Positions 17,305 through 25,117 of a stretch of 52,793 nucleotides of DNA are shown piece by piece. Each line of letters opens with the position of its first letter. Position 1 is the stretch's first letter. Below the pieces are notes generated by a model, which worked only from the letters and a program-made list of their open reading frames with translations, did no database searches and was not told where the DNA came from. The position numbers and the translations under genes are program-made. Origin of the DNA: a virus (taxonomy: Duplodnaviria > Caudoviricetes); the IMG/VR virus record IMGVR_UViG_3300032294_002470, positions 1 through 52,793 of that record; one strand, written 5' to 3'.

Positions 17305-17440
17305 ATTACAACTTTTGTATTATCCTAAGAGTTGCCAACTTCGCCGACATACGATTCGGGGGACGTCCACGCCAACACACGTTAAGTGTCTGTAATTCCC
17401 ATCTTCGATCCTTAATTGTGCACCACCAGAGGGCTGTTTG

Positions 17441-17513
<73 letters not shown>

Positions 17514-17523
17514 AATTTGGGTT

Positions 17524-17631
17524 GGATCAGAGGCCTTCTGCCAACCGAGACCTTGTCGTTAACTTTCGTCAGAGCGTACCAAGACACCATTTAATTTTTC
17601 GACTTGAGGTAGTCACGGCCGCCTCTGATCC
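17524..17631 (-). ncRNA. Candidate ~108 nt structured RNA
   Basis: Perfect 11-bp terminal stem GGATCAGAGGC/GCCTCTGATCC. Confidence 0.5.
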
Positions 17632-17685
17632 TCTCAAGTCTATTTCGTATCTTGGCAAAATGCGGCTCGACCCTGATACGCTGTG

Positions 17686-17758
17686 AGCCTCCTGCCGGGA
17701 TCGAACCAGCGACCTACTGATTACAAATCAGTTGCTCTACCAGCTGAGCTAAGGAGGC
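17686..17758 (-). tRNA. tRNA-Thr (TGT)
   Basis: Loop TTTGTAA. Confidence 0.95.
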
Positions 17759-17811
17759 AGTTTAGCGATTATGTTGCAACCAACGTTTTCTTGGTGAAGA
17801 ACGACCTGGTG

Positions 17812-17885
17812 TGGACCGTGAGAGACTCGAACTCTCGACCCCCTGCGTGCAAGGCAGGTGCTCTAGCCATCTGAGCTAACAGCCC
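17812..17885 (-). tRNA. tRNA-Ala (TGC)
   Basis: Loop TTTGCAC-type, G3:U70. Confidence 0.93.
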
Positions 17886-17889
17886 TTAA

Positions 17890-18030
17890 AAGAACAACGT
17901 TGGAGTACCCGTCTCGCTCCAATCTTAACAGCTTCATCAGAGTTTTCTCTGGGCCCAGGCTGAGGGTGATGACCTCTTTGGTCCGGCCGTGATTGTCGAC
18001 ATCACATTGGCCGGAGAGACCGTCATTCTT
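17890..18030 (-). ncRNA. Candidate multi-stem structured RNA (~140 nt)
   Basis: Closing stem AAGAATGACG/CGTTGTTCTT; internal CCGGCC..GTGAT/ATCAC..GGCCGG and TTGGAG/CTCCAA stems. Confidence 0.5.
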
Positions 18031-18032
18031 AG

Positions 18033-18128
18033 TAGCGATAGAGGGATTCGAACCGGTGAAAGATCTTCATGAAACTCTTTCCTCTGCATCGGTGCTCATG
18101 ACTGCGACCGACTCTCCAAGGTATCGCC
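18033..18128 (-). ncRNA. Aberrant tRNA-like element
   Basis: Acceptor GGCGATA/TATCGCT, GGTTCGAATCC T-loop, no canonical D/anticodon arm. Confidence 0.5.
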
Positions 18129-18231
18129 ATTTGGATATTTCAGAAGAGGTTACTAAACTTCAGCTCTTCAAAGCTTCTCAGCTTACAACGTTCCGTCAAT
18201 TGTTTACGCTGCTAACTTATTCGATAAAGCG

Positions 18232-18303
18232 TAGTCCGTACGGGAATCGAACCCGTATTTCACCCGTGAAAGGGGCGTGTCCTAACCGTTAGACGAACGG
18301 ACC
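18232..18303 (-). tRNA. tRNA-Glu (TTC)
   Basis: Loop CTTTCAC. Confidence 0.93.
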
Positions 18304-18336
18304 ATTATCTAAGACTAGGTATAGAAATACCTGGAG

Positions 18337-18410
18337 CGGACTGGACGGGACTCGAACCCGCGACCTCCGCCGTGACAGGGCGGCATTCTAACCAGCTGAA
18401 CTACCAGTCC
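18337..18410 (-). tRNA. tRNA-Asp (GTC)
   Basis: Loop CTGTCAC. Confidence 0.95.
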
Positions 18411-18519
18411 GTTTCTCTTTAGTTCACTCCTGCCCCGTAGAGCATACCTTGAAGGGCTGTTTATCCATGCAAATCTACCTGAAGAGCAATTGGTTTGTGC
18501 TCGACGTACATGGATCCGG

Positions 18520-18597
18520 TGGTAGGTGCACCAGGATTTGAACCTGGATCTTTTTTACTTAACGTAAAATTGCTCTAACCGCTTGAGCTATACACCT
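18520..18597 (-). tRNA. Atypical tRNA, best-pairing anticodon TTA (ochre-suppressor-like or pseudo)
   Basis: Intact acceptor, D and T arms, CCA; anticodon arm TTTTA-CGTTAAG-TAAAA with G33. Confidence 0.6.
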
Positions 18598-18598
18598 A

Positions 18599-18707
18599 TG
18601 GTGATTAGAGCCGGACTCGAACCGGATACCGTGCAGGACGGAATAGACAACCTTACCTCTTTCGAGTTGGGGACTTGGAAACCATCCCGCATTACGTCCA
18701 TCTAATC
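18599..18707 (-). ncRNA. tRNA-like element with non-canonical centre
   Basis: Acceptor GATTAGA/TCTAATC-ACCA, CCGGTTCGAGTCCGG T arm. Confidence 0.55.
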
Positions 18708-18741
18708 AATGATCTAAGACTAGTTACAAAAATGGTCACGG

Positions 18742-18813
18742 TTGCGAGGGATGGATTCGAACCACCGACCCTTGGGTTATGAGCCCAATGAGATACCACT
18801 TCTCCACCTCACA
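18742..18813 (-). tRNA. tRNA-fMet (CAT)
   Basis: Three consecutive G-C pairs in anticodon stem, loop CTCATAA. Confidence 0.88.
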
Positions 18814-18822
18814 ATATATTTG

Positions 18823-18924
18823 CTGACTAAAAAGGATTTGAACCTTAATCCTGAGCTCCAGTTAACCGTTTGCTAAAGCAACTGCCATTACTCCGTTCCT
18901 CTGTGCACCATTACACCATAATCA
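18823..18924 (-). ncRNA. tRNA-like element with expanded anticodon region
   Basis: Acceptor TGATTA/TAGTCA, D arm GTG..CAC, T arm AAGGTTCAAATCCTT, ~50 nt central insert. Confidence 0.55.
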
Positions 18925-18974
18925 ATCGGATGCTTCGAATCATCCAGTCTTAGGGTAATTAATCCCAAGATTTG

Positions 18975-19045
18975 TTGTCCCGCAAGGATTCGAACCTCAA
19001 TTCTCTGGACCAAAACCAGATGTGCTGCCGTTACACCACAGGACA
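18975..19045 (-). tRNA. tRNA-Gln (TTG)
   Basis: Loop TTTTGGT. Confidence 0.93.
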
Positions 19046-19057
19046 ATTTGCGATCTT

Positions 19058-19075
19058 CAATATGTCAAAGAACTC
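19058..19075 (-). promoter_or_regulatory. boxA-like antitermination motif
   Basis: GAGTTCTTTGACATATTG just 5' of tRNA-Gln; resembles rrn-leader boxA. Confidence 0.55.
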
Positions 19076-19145
19076 TCTTTGTTTGTTATTAATAATATAC
19101 CATAATTTGTATTAACTTAATTACTTTCTTTCGAAAGATTTTTAA

Positions 19146-19829
19146 TTATTTAGTAGACTCAATCCGTTTCCTAAGATTGTCAATTGAAATTCCATCATTT
19201 TTGAATCTAGAGTCTGACCCTACTACTATTATTAATGATAAATCATTTTCAGCTACTGCTGACTTCATTTTTTTTCTCATTTGGTTAGTTACCCAACCTT
19301 TATATTCAACGTATGCATTTAATTCCTTCACGTAAAAATCAGGATAAAACGTTCGTATTCTCCCTTCATCTTTATATTTGAAGCCTCTATTATTTCTATT
19401 CCACGTAACATTTAACTCATCAAATAGATTCGCAATTAATATTTCTTCAGAGTTTAAAAACATTTTTTCATTACTTGATGAAATATATTCATAAACTTTA
19501 CTTTTACCGCCTCCTTCTCTTAATCCGCCTGATCCCTTTTTTCTAAGTTCTCCACTTTTTGGCTTAATTCCAGTTAAACACTTTGATCTATATAATTTTC
19601 GGCAATCAATTGATTCACATACTTTCGTTCTAGTGATTCTACTAGTAAATTCGATACCGCAAATTACACAATCTTTAGTTTTCGAATGCTTAGTTAACGA
19701 TTTCGAAACTTTTTCAGATATTTCAGATCGTTTAGCTTTAGTACTAAACGATCTGCTACATTTCACAGAACAAAATCTACTGCTACCATATTCTCCAGTA
19801 TGCGAATTTTGGCAAGTTTCACAAATCAT
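19146..19829 (-). CDS. Putative free-standing homing endonuclease (Zn fingers + PD-(D/E)XK)
   Basis: CxxC clusters, FYPDFY...VEYKG; AT-rich, inserted in tRNA cluster. Confidence 0.75.
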   Translation of the reverse strand: MICETCQNSHTGEYGSSRFCSVKCSRSFSTKAKRSEISEKVSKSLTKHSKTKDCVICGIEFTSRITRTKVCESIDCRKLYRSKCLTGIKPKSGELRKKGSGGLREGGGKSKVYEYISSSNEKMFLNSEEILIANLFDELNVTWNRNNRGFKYKDEGRIRTFYPDFYVKELNAYVEYKGWVTNQMRKKMKSAVAENDLSLIIVVGSDSRFKNDGISIDNLRKRIESTK

Positions 19830-19887
19830 AACATCAAAGTTTAATATTATTTATACTCGAACTAATGATTTTAGTTTTGATAGTTTG

Positions 19888-19958
19888 CACGAGTACCAGG
19901 ACTCGAACCTGGAACAACGATTTTGGAGATCGGCATGATACCATTTCACCATACTCGT
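19888..19958 (-). tRNA. tRNA-Trp (CCA)
   Basis: Loop CTCCAAA. Confidence 0.92.
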
Positions 19959-19975
19959 GTATTTCAAAGAACTAG

Positions 19976-20049
19976 TTGCGGGACCCGGACTTGAACCGGG
20001 AACTTCAGCTTATGAGACTGACGAGATAGCCGTTTCTACGCATCCCGCA
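19976..20049 (-). tRNA. tRNA-Met (CAT)
   Basis: Loop CTCATAA. Confidence 0.85.
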
Positions 20050-20067
20050 ATTTTATATTTTTGTTAG

Positions 20068-20142
20068 TGATCCCGACAGGATTCGAACCTGTGACTCCCA
20101 TATTAAAAGTATGGTACTCTAAACCTGCTGAGTTACGAGATC
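20068..20142 (-). tRNA. tRNA-Lys (TTT)
   Basis: Loop CTTTTAA. Confidence 0.92.
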
Positions 20143-20203
20143 ATAGTGAGGCCCGTAACTCCATGAGAGTCATTAGGCCTTTATCGTTTTCGTTTCATAT
20201 TTT

Positions 20204-20398
20204 TCATTTTCTATATTTTGTTTTTCTGTTGTGTTTCCAAGTTTTGAACTCTCTCCATTTATGATTGGGCAGATCGCCATGATGCCATGACCAGCCTTCT
20301 TCGTAATACGGAGGATACAACCATTTTAATAGAGTTCGATTGTACGCTTTACTATTTTCTGCTTTGTTCAGTTTTGCTCTGTTTCGATTTTTTGACAT
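20204..20398 (-). CDS. Small basic protein (C-terminal WKHNRKTKY)
   Basis: 64 aa K/R-rich ORF between tRNA-Phe and tRNA-Lys. Confidence 0.7.
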   Translation of the reverse strand: MSKNRNRAKLNKAENSKAYNRTLLKWLYPPYYEEGWSWHHGDLPNHKWREFKTWKHNRKTKYRK

Positions 20399-20457
20399 TT
20401 CGCCTTAGGTTTTTTTACCTAATGCATTGTGTACTTCTTCATCTTATTTTATTTTTT

Positions 20458-20533
20458 TGGCGGTGCGGGGCAGGATCGAACTGCCGACACCAGGATTTTC
20501 AGTCCTGTGCTCTACCGTCTGAGCTACCGCACC
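20458..20533 (-). tRNA. tRNA-Phe (GAA)
   Basis: Loop CTGAAAA, CCA encoded. Confidence 0.95.
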
Positions 20534-20537
20534 ATAT

Positions 20538-20574
20538 AAAACAAAAAACCTCGAATTTTTTAGGTTCGAGGTTC
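20538..20574 (-). terminator. Intrinsic terminator/attenuator directly upstream of first tRNA
   Basis: AACCTCGAA-loop-TTCGAGGTT followed by TTTTGTTTT. Confidence 0.75.
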
Positions 20575-20600
20575 GTTGTTTTCATAGTTAATATTTTTAT

Positions 20601-20729
20601 TTAACTTCGTCCACTTGAACCTCGCATAACCCCAAAATCTTTAATCTCAGCTGTCATCACAATCGATGTGCCTGCCGGATACTGATTCCAGTTTTGAGTA
20701 TTTTTTGATATGTTCGTTGTTGTTTGCAC
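20601..20729 (-). CDS. Putative attenuator leader peptide (42 aa)
   Basis: GTG start, MQTTTNISKNTQNWNQYPAGTSIVMTAEIKDFGVMRGSSGRS*; contains CGAGGTTC complementary to the terminator 5' arm. Confidence 0.65.
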   Translation of the reverse strand: MQTTTNISKNTQNWNQYPAGTSIVMTAEIKDFGVMRGSSGRS

Positions 20730-20752
20730 GAGTATTTGAATTTTTGTTTAGT

Positions 20753-20794
20753 TATTTATAAAGCTATTATACCTACTTTTTGAAAAAAGGTTTT
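20753..20794 (-). promoter_or_regulatory. Tandem promoters of tRNA operon (AAAACC-N15-GGTATAAT and T4-late-like TATAAATA)
   Basis: Both motifs recur upstream of genes elsewhere in the window. Confidence 0.6.
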
Positions 20795-21272
20795 ATTCTT
20801 TTCCAACCTTTTTTACGTTTGCCCAAGATTTACTAGGAGACGCTGAATTTACTCTTGCCATTGCCCATTGATGTGCTGTCATTCCAGGTCTTGAACCTGA
20901 AGAGTAAAAAGCACCTAGTCCCTTAACGTATTCTCTTTTAAGATCAGCGAATGAATAACCTTTTTTGGTCGCAACCGCTCTAATCTTTGCAAGAGTTTCC
21001 TTGCTTAAGTTCTTACCTGACTTTTTAGCTTCATCAACTTGTGAATCCTTGCGAGGAGTGTTCTTCCAATCCGGTTTAGATCGTTCCTTTTTTTCCATCT
21101 CGTCACGCAACTTGTAAGCTTGATCCTTTTTGTCAGCTTTCAATAGGGCCTGGGCCTTATCTAGCTTGGCATCTCGGGAACTTCCCTCAGGAGCTTTGTA
21201 TTTAGCTGGGTGACTTGATTTGGCCTCGTTGATTAAGTATTCATTGAAGCTTTGAACTAGTGGCTTAATCAT
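20793..21272 (-). CDS. Basic protein with QWAMARVNS motif (DUF5824-like), capsid-targeting-like N-terminus
   Basis: SFNEYLINE; SGSRPGMTAHQWAMARVNS. Confidence 0.75.
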   Translation of the reverse strand: MIKPLVQSFNEYLINEAKSSHPAKYKAPEGSSRDAKLDKAQALLKADKKDQAYKLRDEMEKKERSKPDWKNTPRKDSQVDEAKKSGKNLSKETLAKIRAVATKKGYSFADLKREYVKGLGAFYSSGSRPGMTAHQWAMARVNSASPSKSWANVKKVGKE

Positions 21273-21282
21273 TGGGGTTTAA

Positions 21283-21846
21283 TTATTTTTTGATAGCTGC
21301 AAGCTTTTCGTTAGCTGCATCAATCTTAGAGATCTTAGAATCAAAGAAGCTCTTGAATTTAGTAACGATTGATTTAATCTTGTCAGAAATCTTAGAGATT
21401 ACAGCCTTAGCCTTATCGGTTAACTTACCTTCGTCTAATTTATTGATTTCAAAAGAGTGCTTAACTGATGTGATTGCAGTATTCTGTCTAACGCATTCGT
21501 TAATGATTGCTTGAGCAGCTTCATCAACCATTGTTAGAGCCTGTTCTACAGCTTTTCCGTAAGCGACTGAAGTTCCTTCTCCACCGTATCTTGTTATTTT
21601 CATTACGTACTTCTCAGTAGTTGCCAATTTATCGTTAAGAACTTTCATTGCATCAAAGATTGGTTTAACTGATGCGTCGAACTCCTTTAGCTCTCCTTCG
21701 ATAGCTTTAGTTTCAGTAGTTAACACTTTCAATCTTTCTTTGATTTCGTGAATTCTTTCTAACTTAGCAATGATTGCCTTGTCTTTTAGTTGTGCTTCAT
21801 TAACTTTTGATTCGTTAACAAATTCTGTGAACTTTAACAGTTTCAT
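21283..21846 (-). CDS. Putative internal virion protein
   Basis: MKLLKFTEFVNE N-terminus; ATAAATAA upstream. Confidence 0.7.
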   Translation of the reverse strand: MKLLKFTEFVNESKVNEAQLKDKAIIAKLERIHEIKERLKVLTTETKAIEGELKEFDASVKPIFDAMKVLNDKLATTEKYVMKITRYGGEGTSVAYGKAVEQALTMVDEAAQAIINECVRQNTAITSVKHSFEINKLDEGKLTDKAKAVISKISDKIKSIVTKFKSFFDSKISKIDAANEKLAAIKK

Positions 21847-21906
21847 GTAGATTCGTGTAATTTTAGGTTATTTATTCGGTGAAGATTATTATTTATCATC
21901 GTAATC

Positions 21907-22434
21907 CTAATAATCATCAGGCTTATCAATTTTATCAACTGCCGCCTGTAATTCGGTCGAAAAGTCACCGACTATCTGTTTAAGCTGATTCGTATTATAT
22001 AGACTTATGAATCTATCGGAGAATGCCTTTAGCTCTTCGCCTTTCAAGTCTTTCCAGTTTTGTTGCCAATTTCCTGAGTACGCAATATCCGCGATAAGAT
22101 CTTCACTTGCTTCTTCTTTGAATCCGAAATCTGCAAGCTCAGCTGAAATATCATCACTAGGCGGATTCACTAGATCAATGATTTCGTCTCTGATCTCAAG
22201 ATTAGTTAATTGTATAACCTCATTTACTCCATATAACTGGTAATCCTCAACGAAATCAAATGAGACCGGTATTCCAACCTCTGGATCAGCCGATTCATGG
22301 TCCCATGTTAAGTCTACATCAAAGTAGTGAACATCGTAAATTTCACCGTCGATTATGAAAAGTTGCTCTTCTATCTCAACTCCATGAAGAGATTCATTTA
22401 TTGCTATGAATTCATTAAATTTCTTTAGTTTCAT
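21907..22434 (-). CDS. Acidic putative internal virion protein
   Basis: MKLKKFNEFIAINE. Confidence 0.7.
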   Translation of the reverse strand: MKLKKFNEFIAINESLHGVEIEEQLFIIDGEIYDVHYFDVDLTWDHESADPEVGIPVSFDFVEDYQLYGVNEVIQLTNLEIRDEIIDLVNPPSDDISAELADFGFKEEASEDLIADIAYSGNWQQNWKDLKGEELKAFSDRFISLYNTNQLKQIVGDFSTELQAAVDKIDKPDDY

Positions 22435-22458
22435 CCGATATTGCGGAATTTTTATTAT

Positions 22459-22722
22459 TTATTCCACCCGGTTTAAAACTTGAACCTGAATTGACATTCC
22501 ATCAGGATTCTTACTGACCTTGATGGTTGCCTCGGAGAATCCTCTAACAAAGAAAAGATCTTCAATTACCTCCTGTAAATCGTCAGGATAAACTTCCGGG
22601 TGTACCATACCCGGCTGGTAGGGATCATGTTCTAGCTTTTCTGTGAACTCTTCAACAAGCCGTGCAAGTTCAATGTCCCTTTGTTTTCGATTTTGTTCTG
22701 AACCTCTGATCATTTCCAACAT
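22459..22722 (-). CDS. Hypothetical protein
   Basis: 87 aa ORF. Confidence 0.7.
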   Translation of the reverse strand: MLEMIRGSEQNRKQRDIELARLVEEFTEKLEHDPYQPGMVHPEVYPDDLQEVIEDLFFVRGFSEATIKVSKNPDGMSIQVQVLNRVE

Positions 22723-23048
22723 AATTGTATTGCGAGTATTGTGAGACCTAGCATAAGACAGATCACGGTTTTTAGACTAAGGCCTTCAGAGAACAGCCAT
22801 TGGGACATTATCGTGAATACTGTGATCCCAATTGAGAATCCTATTAATCTACTCGGCCAAATAAGACCGTCGAATGCCAACACGAAATTTTTTACTGAAT
22901 TCATAAAAAGCCAAGAAACTGGCAGTCCAAGTAGGATCAGCCAGTTTCTATGATTTTTTAACAGGTCCCATCTCATTGGCCCCTGTAGTTGAATGAATGT
23001 TAATACTTGAGCAATGAAGCCGTAAAGAAAACCTAGAAACAACTTCAT
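22710..23048 (-). CDS. Small four-TM membrane protein (SMR/DMT-like)
   Basis: 112 aa, four hydrophobic helices. Confidence 0.7.
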   Translation of the reverse strand: MKLFLGFLYGFIAQVLTFIQLQGPMRWDLLKNHRNWLILLGLPVSWLFMNSVKNFVLAFDGLIWPSRLIGFSIGITVFTIMSQWLFSEGLSLKTVICLMLGLTILAIQLCWK

Positions 23049-23737
23049 TAACCTATGTATTTAGCAAAATTAACGGCAGCTTTATAGGCATCTTCGTAAG
23101 AGTGAATTGTTTTACTTCCGCGTAATTTGAAAGGAATGTGGCCTACTGCCCATGTATTCAAAGTGAATTCTTCGTCCTTATGGTCAGAGCCGCTCTGTAA
23201 CCATTCGGTGTATTCGATTTGAAATTCTCCCAAGTGTTTCACGTAGTGTTTTTCAAGAGCAAACAGCTCATCATCATTTGGAACCCAACTTGCATCGAAT
23301 AACTTATCGCCCTTACCGAATGCACAAGCTCCACGATGAGAGTAACCTATCCACTGCTTTGCCTCCTTGCTCCATGCAGTATGAGGATGAGAACCTTTAG
23401 TTGATCGGAGTCCGTTATTGTAATACCACCAACCTTCTTCAATAGAGCCAACGTAGTGGCCGTCAGCGTTCATGCATGAATTGGTTAATGTGTACTCATT
23501 ATTTGGGCCAAACGTGTGAGTTTGGACCTTAAGGCCGGTGTTCTTTCTGATCAGGTCAATGCAATCGGGGTTTACTACTAAACCGTTCTCATCTCTGAAC
23601 GGTGTTATGCGGCTGACCAACTTGGTGAATCCAAGGTTTAGGTGAATTTTATTCAGCTTATCTTTTCCTGAATAGTGAGGAAACTTTTCAAACTTAAGTC
23701 TGATCTTTCCTAAATATGGTGTTGTGTTTTTAATCAT
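23048..23737 (-). CDS. Hypothetical phage protein
   Basis: WIGYSHRG..FGKGDKLF motif. Confidence 0.8.
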   Translation of the reverse strand: MIKNTTPYLGKIRLKFEKFPHYSGKDKLNKIHLNLGFTKLVSRITPFRDENGLVVNPDCIDLIRKNTGLKVQTHTFGPNNEYTLTNSCMNADGHYVGSIEEGWWYYNNGLRSTKGSHPHTAWSKEAKQWIGYSHRGACAFGKGDKLFDASWVPNDDELFALEKHYVKHLGEFQIEYTEWLQSGSDHKDEEFTLNTWAVGHIPFKLRGSKTIHSYEDAYKAAVNFAKYIG

Positions 23738-23760
23738 CGTTATTATTTAGTTTTATGTAG

Positions 23761-23845
23761 CGGAGAGGGAGGGATTCGAACCCCCGTTAGAGTTACCTAA
23801 AACGGTTTTCAAGACCGCCGCGTTCAACCGCTCTGCCACCTCTCC
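23761..23845 (-). tRNA. tRNA-Ser (TGA)
   Basis: Long variable arm, loop CTTGAAA. Confidence 0.93.
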
Positions 23846-24019
23846 GTTGATTAAATTCCTCTTTCGATTTCTTGTTGAAGAATGTTAATCGTTGTTTCAA
23901 TGAGATCTTGATTATGGAACTCCTTGACTTCTTTAATTTGATCGTAACCAAGGACAGCCTTTACGGTTTGACCGTCCTTAGTTAATGATACAATTATTTC
24001 AATTTTTTCTGCTGAATTA

Positions 24020-24856
24020 CTACTTGACATTGTACATCATGTTTGTACCAGCTCCCAATTGGGTGGTCGGTAATGTACCGTTCCATTTCTCAATCCACAT
24101 TTGCTGTAAGAGCATTGGAGTGATTGCGGATTGCTTAAGTCTATAAGATTCTGCCTCAGCCTTTGAAGTTGCTAGCATGGCTTGAGCATTACCTTCGGCT
24201 GTCGCTACTTTGATCTTGGCTTGAGCCTCAGCTGTTTTTACCTGATTCTCTGCAGTTAGCGCAGCTTGAACCGCATTGTTCTTTGCCTCAATAGCTTTCT
24301 TAAATGTTTCAGGATAGCCTAAGTTCGAGGTCAATTGACTTATTGTGAAACCCTCGTTAAGAAGATCTGTGTCTAATTTAGATCTCACCTTAGTCTCAAA
24401 GGTTTGACGATTAGAGATAAGCTCCTCAGCTGTGTAGGCATTAGCCGTCATACGGAAAGCATCGTATATTGTAGTCTTTAAGAAACCTTCTTCAATGGAT
24501 TCTAGGGTTCTACGATACTTGCTAAAGATTGCTGGCACCTTGTCTCGTTGAACCGAGTAGTTTATGATTGGGCTCACGTGAAATTCGCTACCGTCTTTGG
24601 AATTAACCACGAAAGAATTATCTTCTGTGTATTCCTTGTGTTGAATGTAGGTTGGGAACTCGTAAATTTTGGTTGAGATCGGGTTATAGAATACCCAGCC
24701 TGTGCACTCGGTGATGTCTCCAACGCCCTTACCGGTTCCATACAGGTTTACTCTGACTCCGACGTGTCCAGCGTCGATACGTTCGCATGAGTTCATCAAT
24801 AGAGTCAATGCGGTAAAAAAGCCGATTGCGGCTAAGATTAATTTTCCTTTGTTCAT
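24020..24856 (-). CDS. SPFH/band 7 (prohibitin) family protein
   Basis: RIDAGHVGV, coiled AEA repeats, WIEKWNGTLP. Confidence 0.92.
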   Translation of the reverse strand: MNKGKLILAAIGFFTALTLLMNSCERIDAGHVGVRVNLYGTGKGVGDITECTGWVFYNPISTKIYEFPTYIQHKEYTEDNSFVVNSKDGSEFHVSPIINYSVQRDKVPAIFSKYRRTLESIEEGFLKTTIYDAFRMTANAYTAEELISNRQTFETKVRSKLDTDLLNEGFTISQLTSNLGYPETFKKAIEAKNNAVQAALTAENQVKTAEAQAKIKVATAEGNAQAMLATSKAEAESYRLKQSAITPMLLQQMWIEKWNGTLPTTQLGAGTNMMYNVK

Positions 24857-24885
24857 GTATATTTGTTTTTAAAATGTTGACTAAA

Positions 24886-25110
24886 TTATTCTGGATCCTC
24901 CGTTTGATTAAACTTCTTTTCGATCCATTCTCCCACCTTTTTCCAAATGTAAGTTCCTGATAGAAAAGCAATTCCAGTAAAGGCTAGAATTCCAAGCCAA
25001 AATAGCGGAGTGCTAGGTTGATTCATTAGCCAAAAGGCCAAGTGAATTGATTCGAAACCTATAGCTAAGCATAGGACGAATATTGCGATTTGTTTGATTT
25101 TATTCTTCAT
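24886..25110 (-). CDS. Membrane protein
   Basis: Two TM segments. Confidence 0.7.
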   Translation of the reverse strand: MKNKIKQIAIFVLCLAIGFESIHLAFWLMNQPSTPLFWLGILAFTGIAFLSGTYIWKKVGEWIEKKFNQTEDPE

Positions 25111-25117
25111 ACGGTTA

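Noticed and set aside
18033-18128. tRNA-Sec or tmRNA
   Set aside because: No TCA anticodon in a proper 7-nt loop and no tag reading frame or tmRNA length.
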